Shown here: positions 26,259 to 38,754 of the stretch, one piece after another
Numbering within the stretch: position 1 is the stretch's first letter
Layout of the letters: each line of letters opens with the position of its first letter
From: Mobula hypostoma
Taxonomy: Eukaryota
Direction: 5' to 3'
NCBI RefSeq assembly: GCF_963921235.1
Contig: NC_086097.1
Span: 5,084,001 to 5,148,000 of the forward strand
Length of the DNA stretch: 64,000 nt
The notes under the pieces: generated by a model
What the model saw: the letters and a program-made list of their open reading frames with translations, nothing else
What the model was told of the DNA's origin: nothing
Database searches by the model: none
Translations under genes and position numbers: made by a program

Positions 26259-27025
26259 AGAACATAGAAGAGTGCGGCACAGGGTCAGGCCATTCAGCCC
26301 AGAAGATTGTGCCAAACCAGCTGAAAAGTGAATCAAAAACACCCTAATCTCCTACCGACGCAATTTCCATATCCTCCATCTTGTTTACGTGCCTATCCAA
26401 ACATCTCTTAAAAGCCTTCAATGTATGTGACTCTACCTCCATAACATGCAGCGCATTCCAGGCATCTATCACTCTGGGTAAAACATGCCCTCTGGTATTC
26501 GATACTTCAACCCCAGGAAACAGATACTGTCTGTCTGCTCTAAGCCTCTCATAATCTTGTACGCCTCTATCAGATCTCCCCTCAGCTTCTGATGCTCTAG
26601 AGAAAGCAACCCAAGTTTACCCAGCCTCTCGTGATAGCACATGCCCTCTAAACCAGGCAACATCCAGGTAAACCTCTTCTGCACCCTCTCCAAAGCACCA
26701 ACATACATCCTATAGTGGGGTGACCAGAACTGTATGCAATACTCCAGGTGCAGCCTCACTAGAGTTTATAAAGCTGCAGCACAACCTCCTCACTTTTGAA
26801 CTCAATGCCTCAACTAATAAAGGCAAGCATGTCTTAAGCCTTCTTTGCCACCTTATCAGCTTGTGTAGCTACTGTCATACAGCTATGGACCACAAGATCT
26901 ATCCTTTCATCAACACTGTTAAGGATCTTGCCCTTAACAGTGTACTACCTCCTTGCCTTTGCCCTGCTGAGGTGTAACATCACACATCAATCTGAGTTAA
27001 ACACTGTCTGCCATTTCTCTGCCCA
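26259..27025 (-). mobile_element. CR1-like LINE 3' fragment
   Basis: ORF 26469-26759 (RLHLEYCIQFWSPHY). Confidence 0.85.
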
Positions 27026-27244
27026 AACACGAGTCAGGGAGGATGAACAACCCTATCTCTACTACACCTGAGGTCACCATGGAAACAGGTTATGCCTTTC
27101 ACCCTCATTACATCATTGTAACCCAGTCAGTGACCAAGGCTTTTATCAAATGTGACGATGTTGAGGTGTGACCACTCAGGGGGAGGTCAAACTCTGACAT
27201 CATAAGGCCACTGTGACATCACAATGCGATGCAGCATCTTGACA

Positions 27245-27845
27245 GGATTTAAACTCTGGTCACCTGGAGACCAGAGGCAGAGCAACCATCTTCAGCATGG
27301 TTCTTGCTTCTTGATCCTCCAAAATATTCTGCATGGAATTTAAACTGGAGGTGGCAGAGAGTAGGCTTAAGGAGATTTTTGAAGAAGAAAAGCTGCCTTA
27401 AATTTAATTGGGTTTGGTTGTGTGACTGTGTTAGGATTAAGATTATTCCATGCTTTAATTGTGTGGGGGAAAAATAAATTGCTGTACACATCTGACTTGG
27501 TAGTTAGTATTTCAAATTGAGTTGAGTGCCCTTGTCTGCTCCTAATAGGTTTGGGTTTGATGTGGGATTGGCAGTCTATGTCGAGCTGACCATTTAACAT
27601 TTTGTAAAAACAAGTCAGGTGGTCTGCTTCACGTCTATCTTGGAGAGAGTTCCACTTTAATGAATTTAAAAGTTGAGTAACACTCGCTTCTCTCTCATAG
27701 GTATTTGTGACAAATCGGGCTGCCTGTCTTTGGACTCACTCGATGGAAGTTGTGTTTTTGTTTGTGTATGGGTCCCATGCTGCAACTGCACATTTCAAAT
27801 GTGGCCTAACAAGGGTGAGGTACAACTTCTCCTTAACTGAAGCTG
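27245..27845 (-). mobile_element. Divergent CR1-group LINE 3' fragment
   Basis: Encodes LVRPHL..AVAAWDPY, VQRQAARFV and FFPHTIKAWNNL, distinct from the dominant CR1 subfamilies here. Confidence 0.7.
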
Positions 27846-29058
27846 AAGTTGAAGGATAGCTTGTTGATCTGGAGGCTGGTATAGACACAGTGTATTAAAA
27901 TACCTTATTATGGGCTACAGATTTGGCTGATCTTTGGCTGGCGGCGCTGAGATTTGCCCAATCTCCAAATGACGAATTTGGTCCTTGGATGTTCCCGCTT
28001 CCCGGTGTTCCCAATGGAGCGGCCCAAATTGAATCGGGTTCTGGTGGATTTGAACCAATAACCTAGCAGCATCATAACAGGCCGAAAGGGAAAATCTTGG
28101 ACTCTAGAATTTTTCCCTCAGTGGAATACTTTTCCTGAACTGCATCTTCTGTTGGGAAGTCTAACAGTGGAATGGATGTGGAAGAGAACATGTTCTGTTG
28201 AGGGTGTGAAGCCCCTGAGAGAGGACAAGCTGGAGATGGGGAGGAAGAGGACAGAGAAAGACAGGAAGGATCTGTGGAGCTTTCTTTGCAACAGCACCAT
28301 GATGGGATGAAGGGCCTCTTCCTTAGATTCACCATTCTGCTCCTTGGTGGGAATAGATCCCTGACTCGACTGACTTTCCTGAACTTAATCTACCACACCG
28401 AAACTCTGAAGAGAAGAGAGACTGATGTAGAAATTAGGTGGAGACATCTAAAGGGAAAGAAGAAAACTGCACAAGATGGAGAGACCCCCCTCCGAGAGAG
28501 AGAACTTCAGCAACAGTGAGACAAGGTACTAATCCCTTCCATTCCTTCAGGAGCAATGATTAGTGATTGTCTTTGGGAGGGATTAGTTGTTGGTATTCGG
28601 GGGTCAGCTCTGGGTAAATATGGATAATTACTGCTTGTCTGAAGGTGGTGCTCAATGTCTAACTGCAGACCGTGAAACTTATCGCTTTTTCTGCTGAGGC
28701 AGTGTTTCAGCCTCTTTCCAAGTCTAGAAGTATAAACGGTCTTGTTGACATCTTGTGTAACCTGCTGTTCATCATGTGTTAATGATTTGCAGGGGAATAT
28801 AGGTTGAAATGATTGTGAGTTTGTGGATGACACCAAAACTAGTGTGTGGTGGAAGTGAGGGTTTTCTAAGTTTATAATGAGATGAAGACCAGCTTGGGAA
28901 GTCGGCCAAGGAATGGTAGTTGGAACTTAACTGGGGCAAGTGCGATGTGATAGATTTTGGGAAGTTAAACCAGTGTAGAACTAAGAGGAAATGACAGGGC
29001 CCAGGGAGAGTTGTAGAACAGAGAGACCGAGGGGTACAAGTACAGAACTCACTGAAAG

Positions 29059-30258
29059 TGTCATGGTCCAGTCCCTTAACTACTCATTTTTGTTAATTTC
29101 CTTTTCCCCGTGTTCCACCGGGCTCCTTGATTAGGGCACTTGATCTTCATCTGAACCGGCAGCATAAAAACCCCGGCTTACAGCTACTCGGGGCTGGTCC
29201 ATCACTGTAGCCAGGGCGGCAATGAATGTTTCGAGCCGCCAAGAATAAGGGACCGTCTTCATGAGCTTCTCCGTGTCAAGGTACGTATTGTCAGTTGTTG
29301 TTTGTTTTTATAGTCTCGTTTTTCCGCTGCTCTGAGCTGGGATGCGAGTGGTCCGACGTTTTGTTTTGTAGGCTCCAAGTCCAGTCCAAGTCAAGGCTTT
29401 GAGTCCCGGTCCAAGTCAAGGCTTCATGTTCAGTCAAGGCTTCGTGTCCAGGTCATGTCCAAGTCTGTCCCCGTGTCAAGTCTCCGTGCTGTGTCCTGTA
29501 CTTGGGTCCACTTCCTCCGCTTCCAGTCGCCACACATGCAACAGAACGGACCAGCCGAACGCGGACCCAGCGGACACAGACATTGTCTTACAAACTCTCG
29601 CTAACCAGAGTACCCTCCTGCCAAACCTCACCCCCCTCCACCCACCCGGGTCGTCAGTAATCCAGGCAAGCCTGTTAGCTCACCTGGAGACTCCCATTGT
29701 AGTGGGAGGTACTTTCATGGTTCGGTCATTTAACTACTCATTTCAGTTAATTTCCTTTTCCCCGTGTTCCACCGAGCTTCTTGATCAGGGCACCTGATCT
29801 TCATCCAAACTGGCAGGATAAAAACTCCGACTTACAGCTGCTTGGGGCTGGTCCGTCACCGTAGCCAGGGCGGCAATGAATGTTCTGAGCTGCCAAGAAT
29901 AAGAGACTGTCTTCCGAGCTCATGTCTTCATGAGCTTCTCCGTGTCAAGATACGTATTATCTGTTGATGTTTGTTTTTGTCGTCTCGTGTCCAGCTGAGT
30001 GTTGCTGGCCATTTTGCCACTTCTTTAAGCCGGGATGCGAGTGGTCCGTCGTTTTGTTTTGTAGGCTCTGAGTCCCAGTTCAAGTCAAGGCTCTGAGTCC
30101 AGTCCAAGTCAAGGCTCTAAGTCTCAGAGCAAGTCAAGGCTTCATGTCCAAGTCCGTTCCCATGTCCAAGTCATATCCTAGTCCAAGTGTCAAGTCTCCA
30201 TGCTGTGTCCTGCACTTGGATCCACTTCCTCTGTTTCCAGTTGCCATGCATTGTGACA
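29059..30258 (+). mobile_element. Miniature two-LTR Gypsy (Tf1/sushi-like) element with 169-bp internal region
   Basis: LTR1 29059-29543 and LTR2 29713-30258; outer termini TGTCA...TGACA; TSD GAAAG/GAAAT; purine tract AGTGGGAGG before LTR2; inserted into a CR1 fragment that resumes afterwards. Confidence 0.88.
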
Positions 30259-31004
30259 GAAATTGGTGACATTGTTAGACAGGACAGTGAAGCACGGGTT
30301 CTCATGCTGTGTAAATCTGTGACTGCAAGTGTAAAGGGTCCTGTCATTGTCTAGTTGTAAGCTGGTGGGTGTCCACAGATCCCCTGTGCCAAAGATCTGA
30401 ATGAGGCCAGCCTTCTCCAGGCTTGATGCTGTGGCCTCAGGCCCTTCAGATGCTTCACCATCTGGGTGGGTGGGGGCCACATTCAGAACCAGTGGCTTTG
30501 GGGCCTCAGGACGTGGATGTGTTCTCCTGGTATTCCCACCGGCTCAGAGAGTGAAGGGTACAATGGACATTGTCTAGTTCCAGACTCAGGGCGGGGTTGT
30601 CAGTGTGTCTCCAGACAGACAGTATGACCAGGGTCTGGGCTCTGTAGATATAGTTGGAACCCCTCCTGGGCCTCACTCTCTGCTTCCCACTGGTGACTGA
30701 GCGACGGGGTGACACTCCTGGTCACATCTGCCGGGGTCAGACGATCCAACAGCTGGCTCTCTCAGCTGCTCTGAGCTCCACCCTCGCGAGTGGATGATCC
30801 ACATGGAGGCAGTCTGCAGGTCTCCCATGGTCCAACTAACAAGATGACTATTAGTTTGACAAAGAATGATAATGATCAGGGTACATAGGCTGAGAGGCAT
30901 GAATAGAGGAAACAGCCAGCACCTTTTCCCAAAGTGAAAATGGACTAATACGAAAGAACATGAGGTTAAGGTGATTGAGGGGGAAATCAAAAATGGGTCT
31001 TATT

Positions 31005-31275
31005 TATTTATTTAGAGAAATAGCATGAAATGGGCCCTCCCAACCCATCAAGCTTTGCCACCTGGCAACCCACCAATTTAACACTAGCCTAATCACAGGA
31101 CAGTTGAAAATGACGAATCAAACTTCCAACTGGTGCATCTTGGTCTGTGGGAGGAAACACATGCAGTCACGGGAAGAACAGACAAACTGCTTGCAGGGGA
31201 TGCTGGAATTGAACTCAGAACTCCAACATGATGAGCTTTAATAGTGGCACACTATCTGCTACACTACCATTGCAA
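31005..31275 (-). mobile_element. V-SINE (HE1-like)
   Basis: Reverse-complement similarity to 31558-31835. Confidence 0.6.
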
Positions 31276-31557
31276 CTGGTTTTTACACTCACAGAGTGGA
31301 AAGTGTGTGGAGTGGACTGCCAGAGTGGTGATAGAGGCAGATCCATTGGGGACATTTAGGAAACTCATGGATAACCACATGGATGGAAGGATGCTGTGGA
31401 TTATTTGGAGAGGAAAACTTGGATTGATATTGGAGCAGGTGAAAAGTTTGTCACAACATCGTGGGCCAAAGGACCTGTACGATGCTGTACTCTGTTGTAT
31501 GTTAGGATCTCACAGCCAATGATAAGACCTCAAAAGTTTGATATGCACACACATGGA

Positions 31558-31835
31558 GAGGTATGGTATTGTAGTGTTTAGCACAATGCTTTACTGTACC
31601 AGTGACCTGGGTTCAATTGCCATTGCTATCTGTAAGGACTTTACATGATCTCCCAGTGACTGCATGGGTTTCCTCCGGGTGCTCTGGTTTCCACCCACAG
31701 TCCAAAGATGTACCAGTTGGTAGGCTCATTGGTCATTGTAAATTGTCCCGTGATTAGGTTAGGGTTAAATCGGGATTGCTAGGTGGTGCGGCTCAAAGGG
31801 CTGGAAAGGCTGTTTCTCAACAAATCAATAAATAC
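31558..31835 (+). mobile_element. V-SINE (HE1-like)
   Basis: A-box/B-box-like head (GGGTTCAATTGCC), V-domain TGGGTTTCCTCCGGGTGCTCTGGTTTCC and a TAAA-type tail. Confidence 0.75.
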
Positions 31836-33059
31836 GTAGATGTGCAAGATTCTGCTTGCGAAGGGGCAGCTAAAGGTGGCGCTTGAGGATGACGTCTCCC
31901 AGCTCATCAGCAAAACTGTTAAATTCTTTCTATTCTAATGTCTCTATTTTCCTTTTCAGGACGGCTGGGGTCCTATCAGAATCTTTGATCTTCAGCGGCC
32001 CTCAAAAGCTGCAGCTCTGCATGACGGTGTGTTCCCGTTCTTGGAGCTCGCTGATCGGCCACGTTTCGGTATGTCCAGGTTTGGCCTGAAGTCGCCCGAC
32101 TTCAGGTCCTGTGCCACCTTGTGGACGTGAACACTTACTTGCCAGTGTCATGTACTGAAGCGTAGTGCATGCCAGAACATCAAAGACAGTGAGAGTGGCT
32201 GTCAGAGGCTTCTGCACTCAATAATCAATTTGCCAATTCTCAAGTCGGGGAACTCAAATTAAAATGCAACACTTCAGACTGATTGTAACATTGAAACAAC
32301 TGTTATCTCCCTTATCACTGTGGAAGGAGTGATATCCGTCTCTCCCTCGTTAGTGAGAGATAGAGCCTGCGGGATGTCAAAATGTTAGAGTTAGCTTTTG
32401 ATGGACCAAAGACCCTGGTCTCTCTTTGGGGCTTTGCTGTTGCTTGCATGATGGATGGTGGGAATGCTGATGCTTTCTGCTGAATAATTTGTAGGAGGGG
32501 AGGGGGAAGATTGATGCTGCTTGTGCATGGAAAGGGGCGAGGCTTTGGAGTTCTTACGTCCCTTTTCTGTCATTCATTCTTTGTGGATGTCTGAGGAGAG
32601 TAAGAATTTCAAGTTGTATATTGTATACATTCTCTGATATTAAATGGAACAATTGAACTATTGAAATAAACTATGACTAGTTTGAAAGCACAATGCCATA
32701 CTTTAATGTAATAGTGAAAGCACCAAAAAACAGGCATTACCAAACCAATTTTTCACTCTGAGTGTCAAAGAGGATTCTTCTGTCAGACAGGGTTAAGACC
32801 CTTGCTCTACTCATTCAAACCCCATCCTCAACACAGCAAATTAAGCCTGGAGCCATCAACAGGATAAGCAGGAAGTGCTATTCCTTCACCAATGATCACC
32901 AACAAAATCTGCTCCAGAGCCATCTGTACTCCAGGCATGAGTTAGCAATGTTCAAACCCCATCAGTAGCTTCTCAAGTGAGAGAGAACACCTGACGATTG
33001 ATTGTCCATGGTGTCTTTTCTCCTTTTCCAGTCATTTGCAACATTGCATGTTCTATCAT

Positions 33060-33575
33060 TGAAGTTCAAAGTTCAAAATAACTTTATTATCAAAGTATAT
33101 ATTTGTCACCATGCATAAGCCTGAGACTCATTTTCTTGTGGGCATTCACAGTAAATACAAAGAAACACAATAGAATCAATGGGAAACTACTGAAAACAAA
33201 ATGGTCAAACAACCAAAATGCAAATCTAAAAAGAAAAAATGAACAAAATAATAATACCTGCAGCATAACAGTAAAGATGGGAACCAGGGCATTACAACAA
33301 TGATAATAATAAAGAAGTAATAAATATTGAGAGCATAAGAAGAAGGAGTCCTTGAAAGTGAGTGCATAGGTTGTGGGATGAGTTCAGTGTTGGGGTGAGT
33401 GAAGTTATCCCCTCTGGTTCAGAAGCCCGATGTTTGAGGGGTAGTAACTGTTCCTGAACCTGGAGGTGTGGGTCCTGAGGCTCCTGCAGCTCATTCCTGA
33501 TGGCAGCAGTGAGAAGAGAGCATGGTCTGAGTGGATGGGGTCTTTGATGATGGTTGCTGCTTTCCTGTGACAGCG
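33060..33575 (-). mobile_element. Rex1/Babar-like LINE 3' fragment
   Basis: Encodes IIKDPIHSDHALFSLLPSG...RFRNSYYP, with a TTTGAAC-type tail. Confidence 0.75.
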
Positions 33576-34059
33576 CAGGGGGCTGATAATGTAACTAGCA
33601 GAGGAAGCGGGAAGCACACGAAGTGTTCAGTGCAACATGATGTCACCGAGACAGCCCTAATCGGCAGTTAGAGACTGACTGCTCCTGCTGCTTCAGACAG
33701 CACTGGAGCGGAGCAGACAGGCAGCATGCTGATGAAGACACGGCAAGTGGAAGAATGTGGCATGTCCAATTTGTCACCAGCAGAATGCTCTCTGGAGCCC
33801 TGCTGTCATGTCAGCCTGTAACGCCATGAGAGAGAAAAGGTGGGAAGTTAAGATAGTTCAGTCCAAAGGAAACAACTGTCAGTTCATTGCAAGGATGTTG
33901 TGACTGCAGATTTACTTTGCACATATAAGCAGCACGAAAAGAGAATTACCCCTGACAAGGAGATAGGGTTCAGTGTGGCTGCAAATAAAAGGCTATTTTC
34001 CTGGCTTGTTTTGGCTAGGCCCAGTGTATTGGTTTGAAAATAGAAAGAACATCAAACAA

Positions 34060-34578
34060 GTTCAATCACAGCTACTTGATCCAGCACACAGGGATTTGGC
34101 TCCAGAGTTTTCCAGTGGCCAAACATTTGAATTCCCATTCTCATTCCAATATGTCGTCCATGGCCTGCCTGTGTGCCAAGATGAGACCACCCTTAGAGTG
34201 GAGGAGCAACACCTTTATTCTGTCTGGGTACCCTCCAACTTGATGGGATGAATATTGATTTTTCTTTCCAGTAATTTTCTCCTTCCCCCTCTTCTTTTCC
34301 CCACTCTTTTTACCTTTTCTCATCTGCCCATCACCTTTCCCTGGAACTCATAGTCCACTCTCTTCTCCTATCAGATTCCTTCATCTCCAGCCCTTTACCT
34401 TTCCCACTCACCTGGCTTCACTTATCACCTTCTATCTATTGTCCTTCCTCTCCTCTACCTTTTTATTCAGACATCTTCCCCCTCCCTTTTCAGTCCTGAA
34501 GAAGTATCTCAAATGTCATCTGTTTTTTCCATAAAAGCTGCCTGACTGGTTGAGTTCCTCCAGCATGTTGTGTGTGCT
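34060..34578 (+). mobile_element. Penelope-like 3' fragment
   Basis: Encodes VHGLPVCQDETTLRVEEQHL, followed by the terminal repeat. Confidence 0.75.
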
Positions 34579-35305
34579 ACACAGGGATTTCCATAGGTTT
34601 TCTTTATCCAGGGGATTCATTTTAATTGGTTAATAATGTGAACAATATTTCTTTGAAGCCTCTGGTTTTTAAAGCAGAGTATACCAATTATTGATTTATT
34701 CATATGTAATTACATATATCTGGGCTCCCTCCTGTTCAAGTTATAGGCATTTCACTGGGCAATTTGCCCAACAAAACTTGGAGCCACATCACGGGTAATA
34801 AAGGGACCCTACCTGCTATAACATTGACTCCCAGTACCAGCAGATTTGCAATGCAGTAGTCAGAAACTGGCCTCTAACACATTCTTACTGCTCAACCATC
34901 AAACTCAAACATCTGATTACATGGAGTATTTACAGTTTGGAGAGAGAGGGCCATAAATTTTGTTGACAGCTAAGATAATATCTCAATATTTCTTCAGTTT
35001 GAGTAGCAGAAAATAGAACAATGTGGATTCCCTCCCACTTTCTTGGGCCTTATCATTCTGGTTGTGATTTCAGTAAATATCACAAATGCCTACCGTCACT
35101 TTACAGACATAAACTCGATCTATGTTTAGAAGGTTATGTATTTGTCACACAATGTGTGCTGAGAGATGACTGAGCCAAGGCGCGGAGGAACAACAAACTC
35201 CCACTTTGAGACAGAAACAAGGGTTTATTCATCGGAACTGCAAAAGAGCTTCTGTAGTTTGACCGAGCAACACCATGAGATGAATCATTCTCGAAATGAA
35301 ATGAA

Positions 35306-35341
35306 ACACACACACACACACACACACACATACACACACAC
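35306..35341. repeat. (CA)n microsatellite
   Basis: Directly visible. Confidence 0.95.
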
Positions 35342-36416
35342 TAAAGTAAGCTGAAAACCCATGCCAGTCAGAATTAACCTGACAAGGTTAAACAGAGAAC
35401 ATAAACTCTAGTTAAGACAACAATTAGTAAATACATTGCTTGAGAAACCAAGAAGCCGAATGCTCTTTGGCATGCTGCAGAGGCCCACGGGGCTCATCAC
35501 AGTGTTTATATTTATTGTGCTTTTTATTATTATTGTGTTCTTATTGTGCTTTTAATTTTGAATCTTGACCTCCTCAATTCCCTCCTCCTAGCACATCTTG
35601 CATCTCTTCTAACATATCTCTATTCTCATTCTCACTCAGTGCCTCCTATTTCTCTCAGATTTTCTCAGCTTCATTGTCTATTTTTCTCCTTCCCCTTCCC
35701 TATTCTTACTTTCCCTCTGTCCCCAGCACACTAGATAATTAATATGCCGATGTAACAATTCCAAACACTCTCATGATGTTGCATACTCGATAAAGATGAG
35801 TCTAGCCTTTCTATTCATAAAATGATCGTATTAATTCAAATGGGACCTGTGGTGTCCCAATGTATTTCTATCTATAATACCAAATCATAATCAAATCAAA
35901 TCTAATGCACAATAAAATAAAATTAATTGCATTTTCCACAACAGGACTGGAATTATAAATGACCTGAAGGGACTTGATGGGAGTCCAGAGCTTGAAGACT
36001 AGATGAAGAATCTTGCTCACTTACCTAACAATTCACTTTTTTAAGAGTTCTTCAAATAATTACACTTTCAAATGTAATTTGTGTTAAATGAACCATTCAT
36101 TCTGTTGAGTGAGCAGCACAACCCTTCATTAGAATTTTGATTAAACTGAAAAATGACTTTTATTGCAATCAAGTTATACATCACCTTATGTCTGTACTGA
36201 CACTGACAATTGGTCTACAATCAACTAAGGGCCTCTGCAACTTGTATAGCTGAGATATTTTCCATGCTTCAAAACGCCATTGTTTCTTACAGTTCATTGT
36301 GTGTGTTCATGCTTAGGAGCCTTTATATGATTGAGCTCCACTGAGAGTCTCTGGCTTTGGAAGAAGCCATTGGTAGATATGGTAAAGGTAAATAATTGTT
36401 TCCAAGTCTAAATGTT

Positions 36417-37052
36417 AGAACATAAGTCATAGAACATAGAATTGTACAGCACAAGAACAGCCCCTTTGGCCCACAATGTTTTGCCAAACCAATTAAATTA
36501 GTAATCAAATAGCTAACTAGACTTATCCCTTTTGCCTACACAATGTTCATATTTTCCTCACATTTATGAGCCTATCTAAACGTCCCTTAAAAGTCTGTAT
36601 CTTTTCTGTATCTACCACCACCCCACGTTCCAAGCACCCACCACAGTCTGTGTAAAAAAAGACCTTGCCCCTCCCATCTCCTTTGAAATTCACCCGCTTA
36701 CCTTGAATGCATGCCCTCAGGTATGAGACATTTCAACCTTAGGAAAAAGATATTGTCTACTCTATCTTGTAGTAGTAGTAATAATAATAATAATAATAAA
36801 ATAATAATAATAATAATAATACTCTTATAATAATCCTTTATCAGATCTCTCCTCAGTTTGCAGTGCTCCGGAGAAAACAACCTGAGATTGTCCTGCCTCT
36901 CGTGACAGCACATGCCCCCTAATCCAGGCAACATCCTGATAAACCTCTTCTTCACCCTCTCCAAATCCTCAACATCCTTCCTACAATGTGCGACCAGAAC
37001 TGTATGCAATACTCTAGACATGGCCGAGATGAATTTTTACAAATCTGCAACA
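36417..37052 (-). mobile_element. CR1-like 3' fragment containing a (TAG)n/(AAT)n microsatellite at about 36769-36820
   Basis: ORF 36698-37021; its poly-I/L run comes from the microsatellite. Confidence 0.8.
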
Positions 37053-38754
37053 TAATTGCTGTGGAAATGAGAAAGTGGCGATGGTGGGGTGGGTTAGTGG
37101 GTGGAGGTGTTGATCAGCCTTACTGCCTGGGGAAAGGAACAGTCTTTCAGTCCCTGACAGGCATGGGGGGGGAAAAAAAAACAGTCCTTGAGCAAGGTGG
37201 ATGGGATCCTTCATGATGTTACTGGCCCTTTTGGTCCTTCTACTGTTGGAAGCATCAGGGATAAGGGGTTTCAGTCAGAAGTGGCTTAGAGAGCAAAGGC
37301 TTGGTGGAAATGAGAACTGAGGTAGGAAGGTGAATAGTATGTACATGCACACATATAAAGTTTACACAGCAGACCTGGTGTGTAATAGTCTTAGACATCC
37401 CTGTCACTGCACGAAAAATCTCAGCATCAAGACAGTGGGTTAACTATTTTGGATCTATCTCTGCACCTTCTGTTGCCACAGGAAGGATAAGTGACTCAAG
37501 TCAGTGTCCTCTCACAGAACAGCATCTCCAACACTGAGGTCAATCTTATATCTTTACTGAAGTAAAATATCATAACTGTACTTGAAACCTCTTTGAAAGA
37601 AAGCAATCTTCTCAGTGACGCATGGGAATCCCTGATACATGACTATTCCGAATGGAGGAACAGCATTGGTATTGCGTCATGTCCAGTTTCTGCGATAGCA
37701 CAGGAGCCCAGCATAACCACAGAAGTTCTCACAAACTCCCTGCTTGTCCATTACATTCAATGTTCACGGTAAACTTATTATCAAAGTGCATATATGATTC
37801 ATTTTCATTTTCTTGTGGGTATTCATAGTAAATAGAAAGAAATACAATAGAATCAATAAAAAAAACCATAATGACAGAGGCAGCCAAGCAACCAATGTGC
37901 AAAAGACAATTTCCTGCCCCATTTGTTAATTTGTCTGTTGATCAAGCAATAAACAAGGTTGCTGGAGGAATTCAGTGGGTCAGGCATCATCTATTGGGAG
38001 AAATGGACAACAGATGTTTTGGATCTGGACTGATGAAGAGTCTCAACCAGAAACATAATCAGTCAATTTCCTCCACAGATACTTCTGACCCATTGAGTTC
38101 CACCAGTGTTTCAGATCTCCCAGTTTGTTGGCATGAACATTGATTTCTCCTTCTGGTAATTTTTTCTCTTCATTTCTTTTCCTCTCCCCCACCCCTTTTC
38201 TTCGATTCCCTACTTTAATCTCTTACCTCTTCTCCTCCCCCTGGTGCCCCTCCTCCCTTTCCTTTTTCCAATGGTCCACTCTCCTCTCCTATCAGATTCC
38301 TTCTTTTCTAACCCTTTACCTTTTCCACCTATCACCTTCCCTCCCCTCTCTCCTGGTTTCACCAATCACCTTTAGTTTGTCCTCTTTCTCTTCCCCCCAC
38401 TTTCCTATTCTGGCTTCTTCCCCCTTCCACTTAAGTCCTGATGAAGTGTCTCAGCCTAAAATGTCAACTGTTTATTCATTTCCACAGATGCTGCCTGAAT
38501 TGCTGAGGTCCTGAAGCATTTTGATGTTGTTCCAATATTTTGTTTGTTATCCCATAATATCCTGTCTCTAGTGATTTCATATGATCCCACAAATCCTTGC
38601 TCACCTCTTTTTTTAAATGAATGTTCCTCTATCCTGAGATTGTGCTGTCTGCTCCTAGACTCCCTCACTATAGGAAACATCAGTCAGCTCAGAGAATCAG
38701 GTTTAATATCACCAGCATATGCCATGAAATTTGTCTTTCAGGAAGGAGTAGAAT

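Noticed and set aside
30064..30196. Short spaced repeats resembling a CRISPR array
   Set aside because: They are degenerate tandem units inside an LTR, with no unique spacers and a eukaryotic context.
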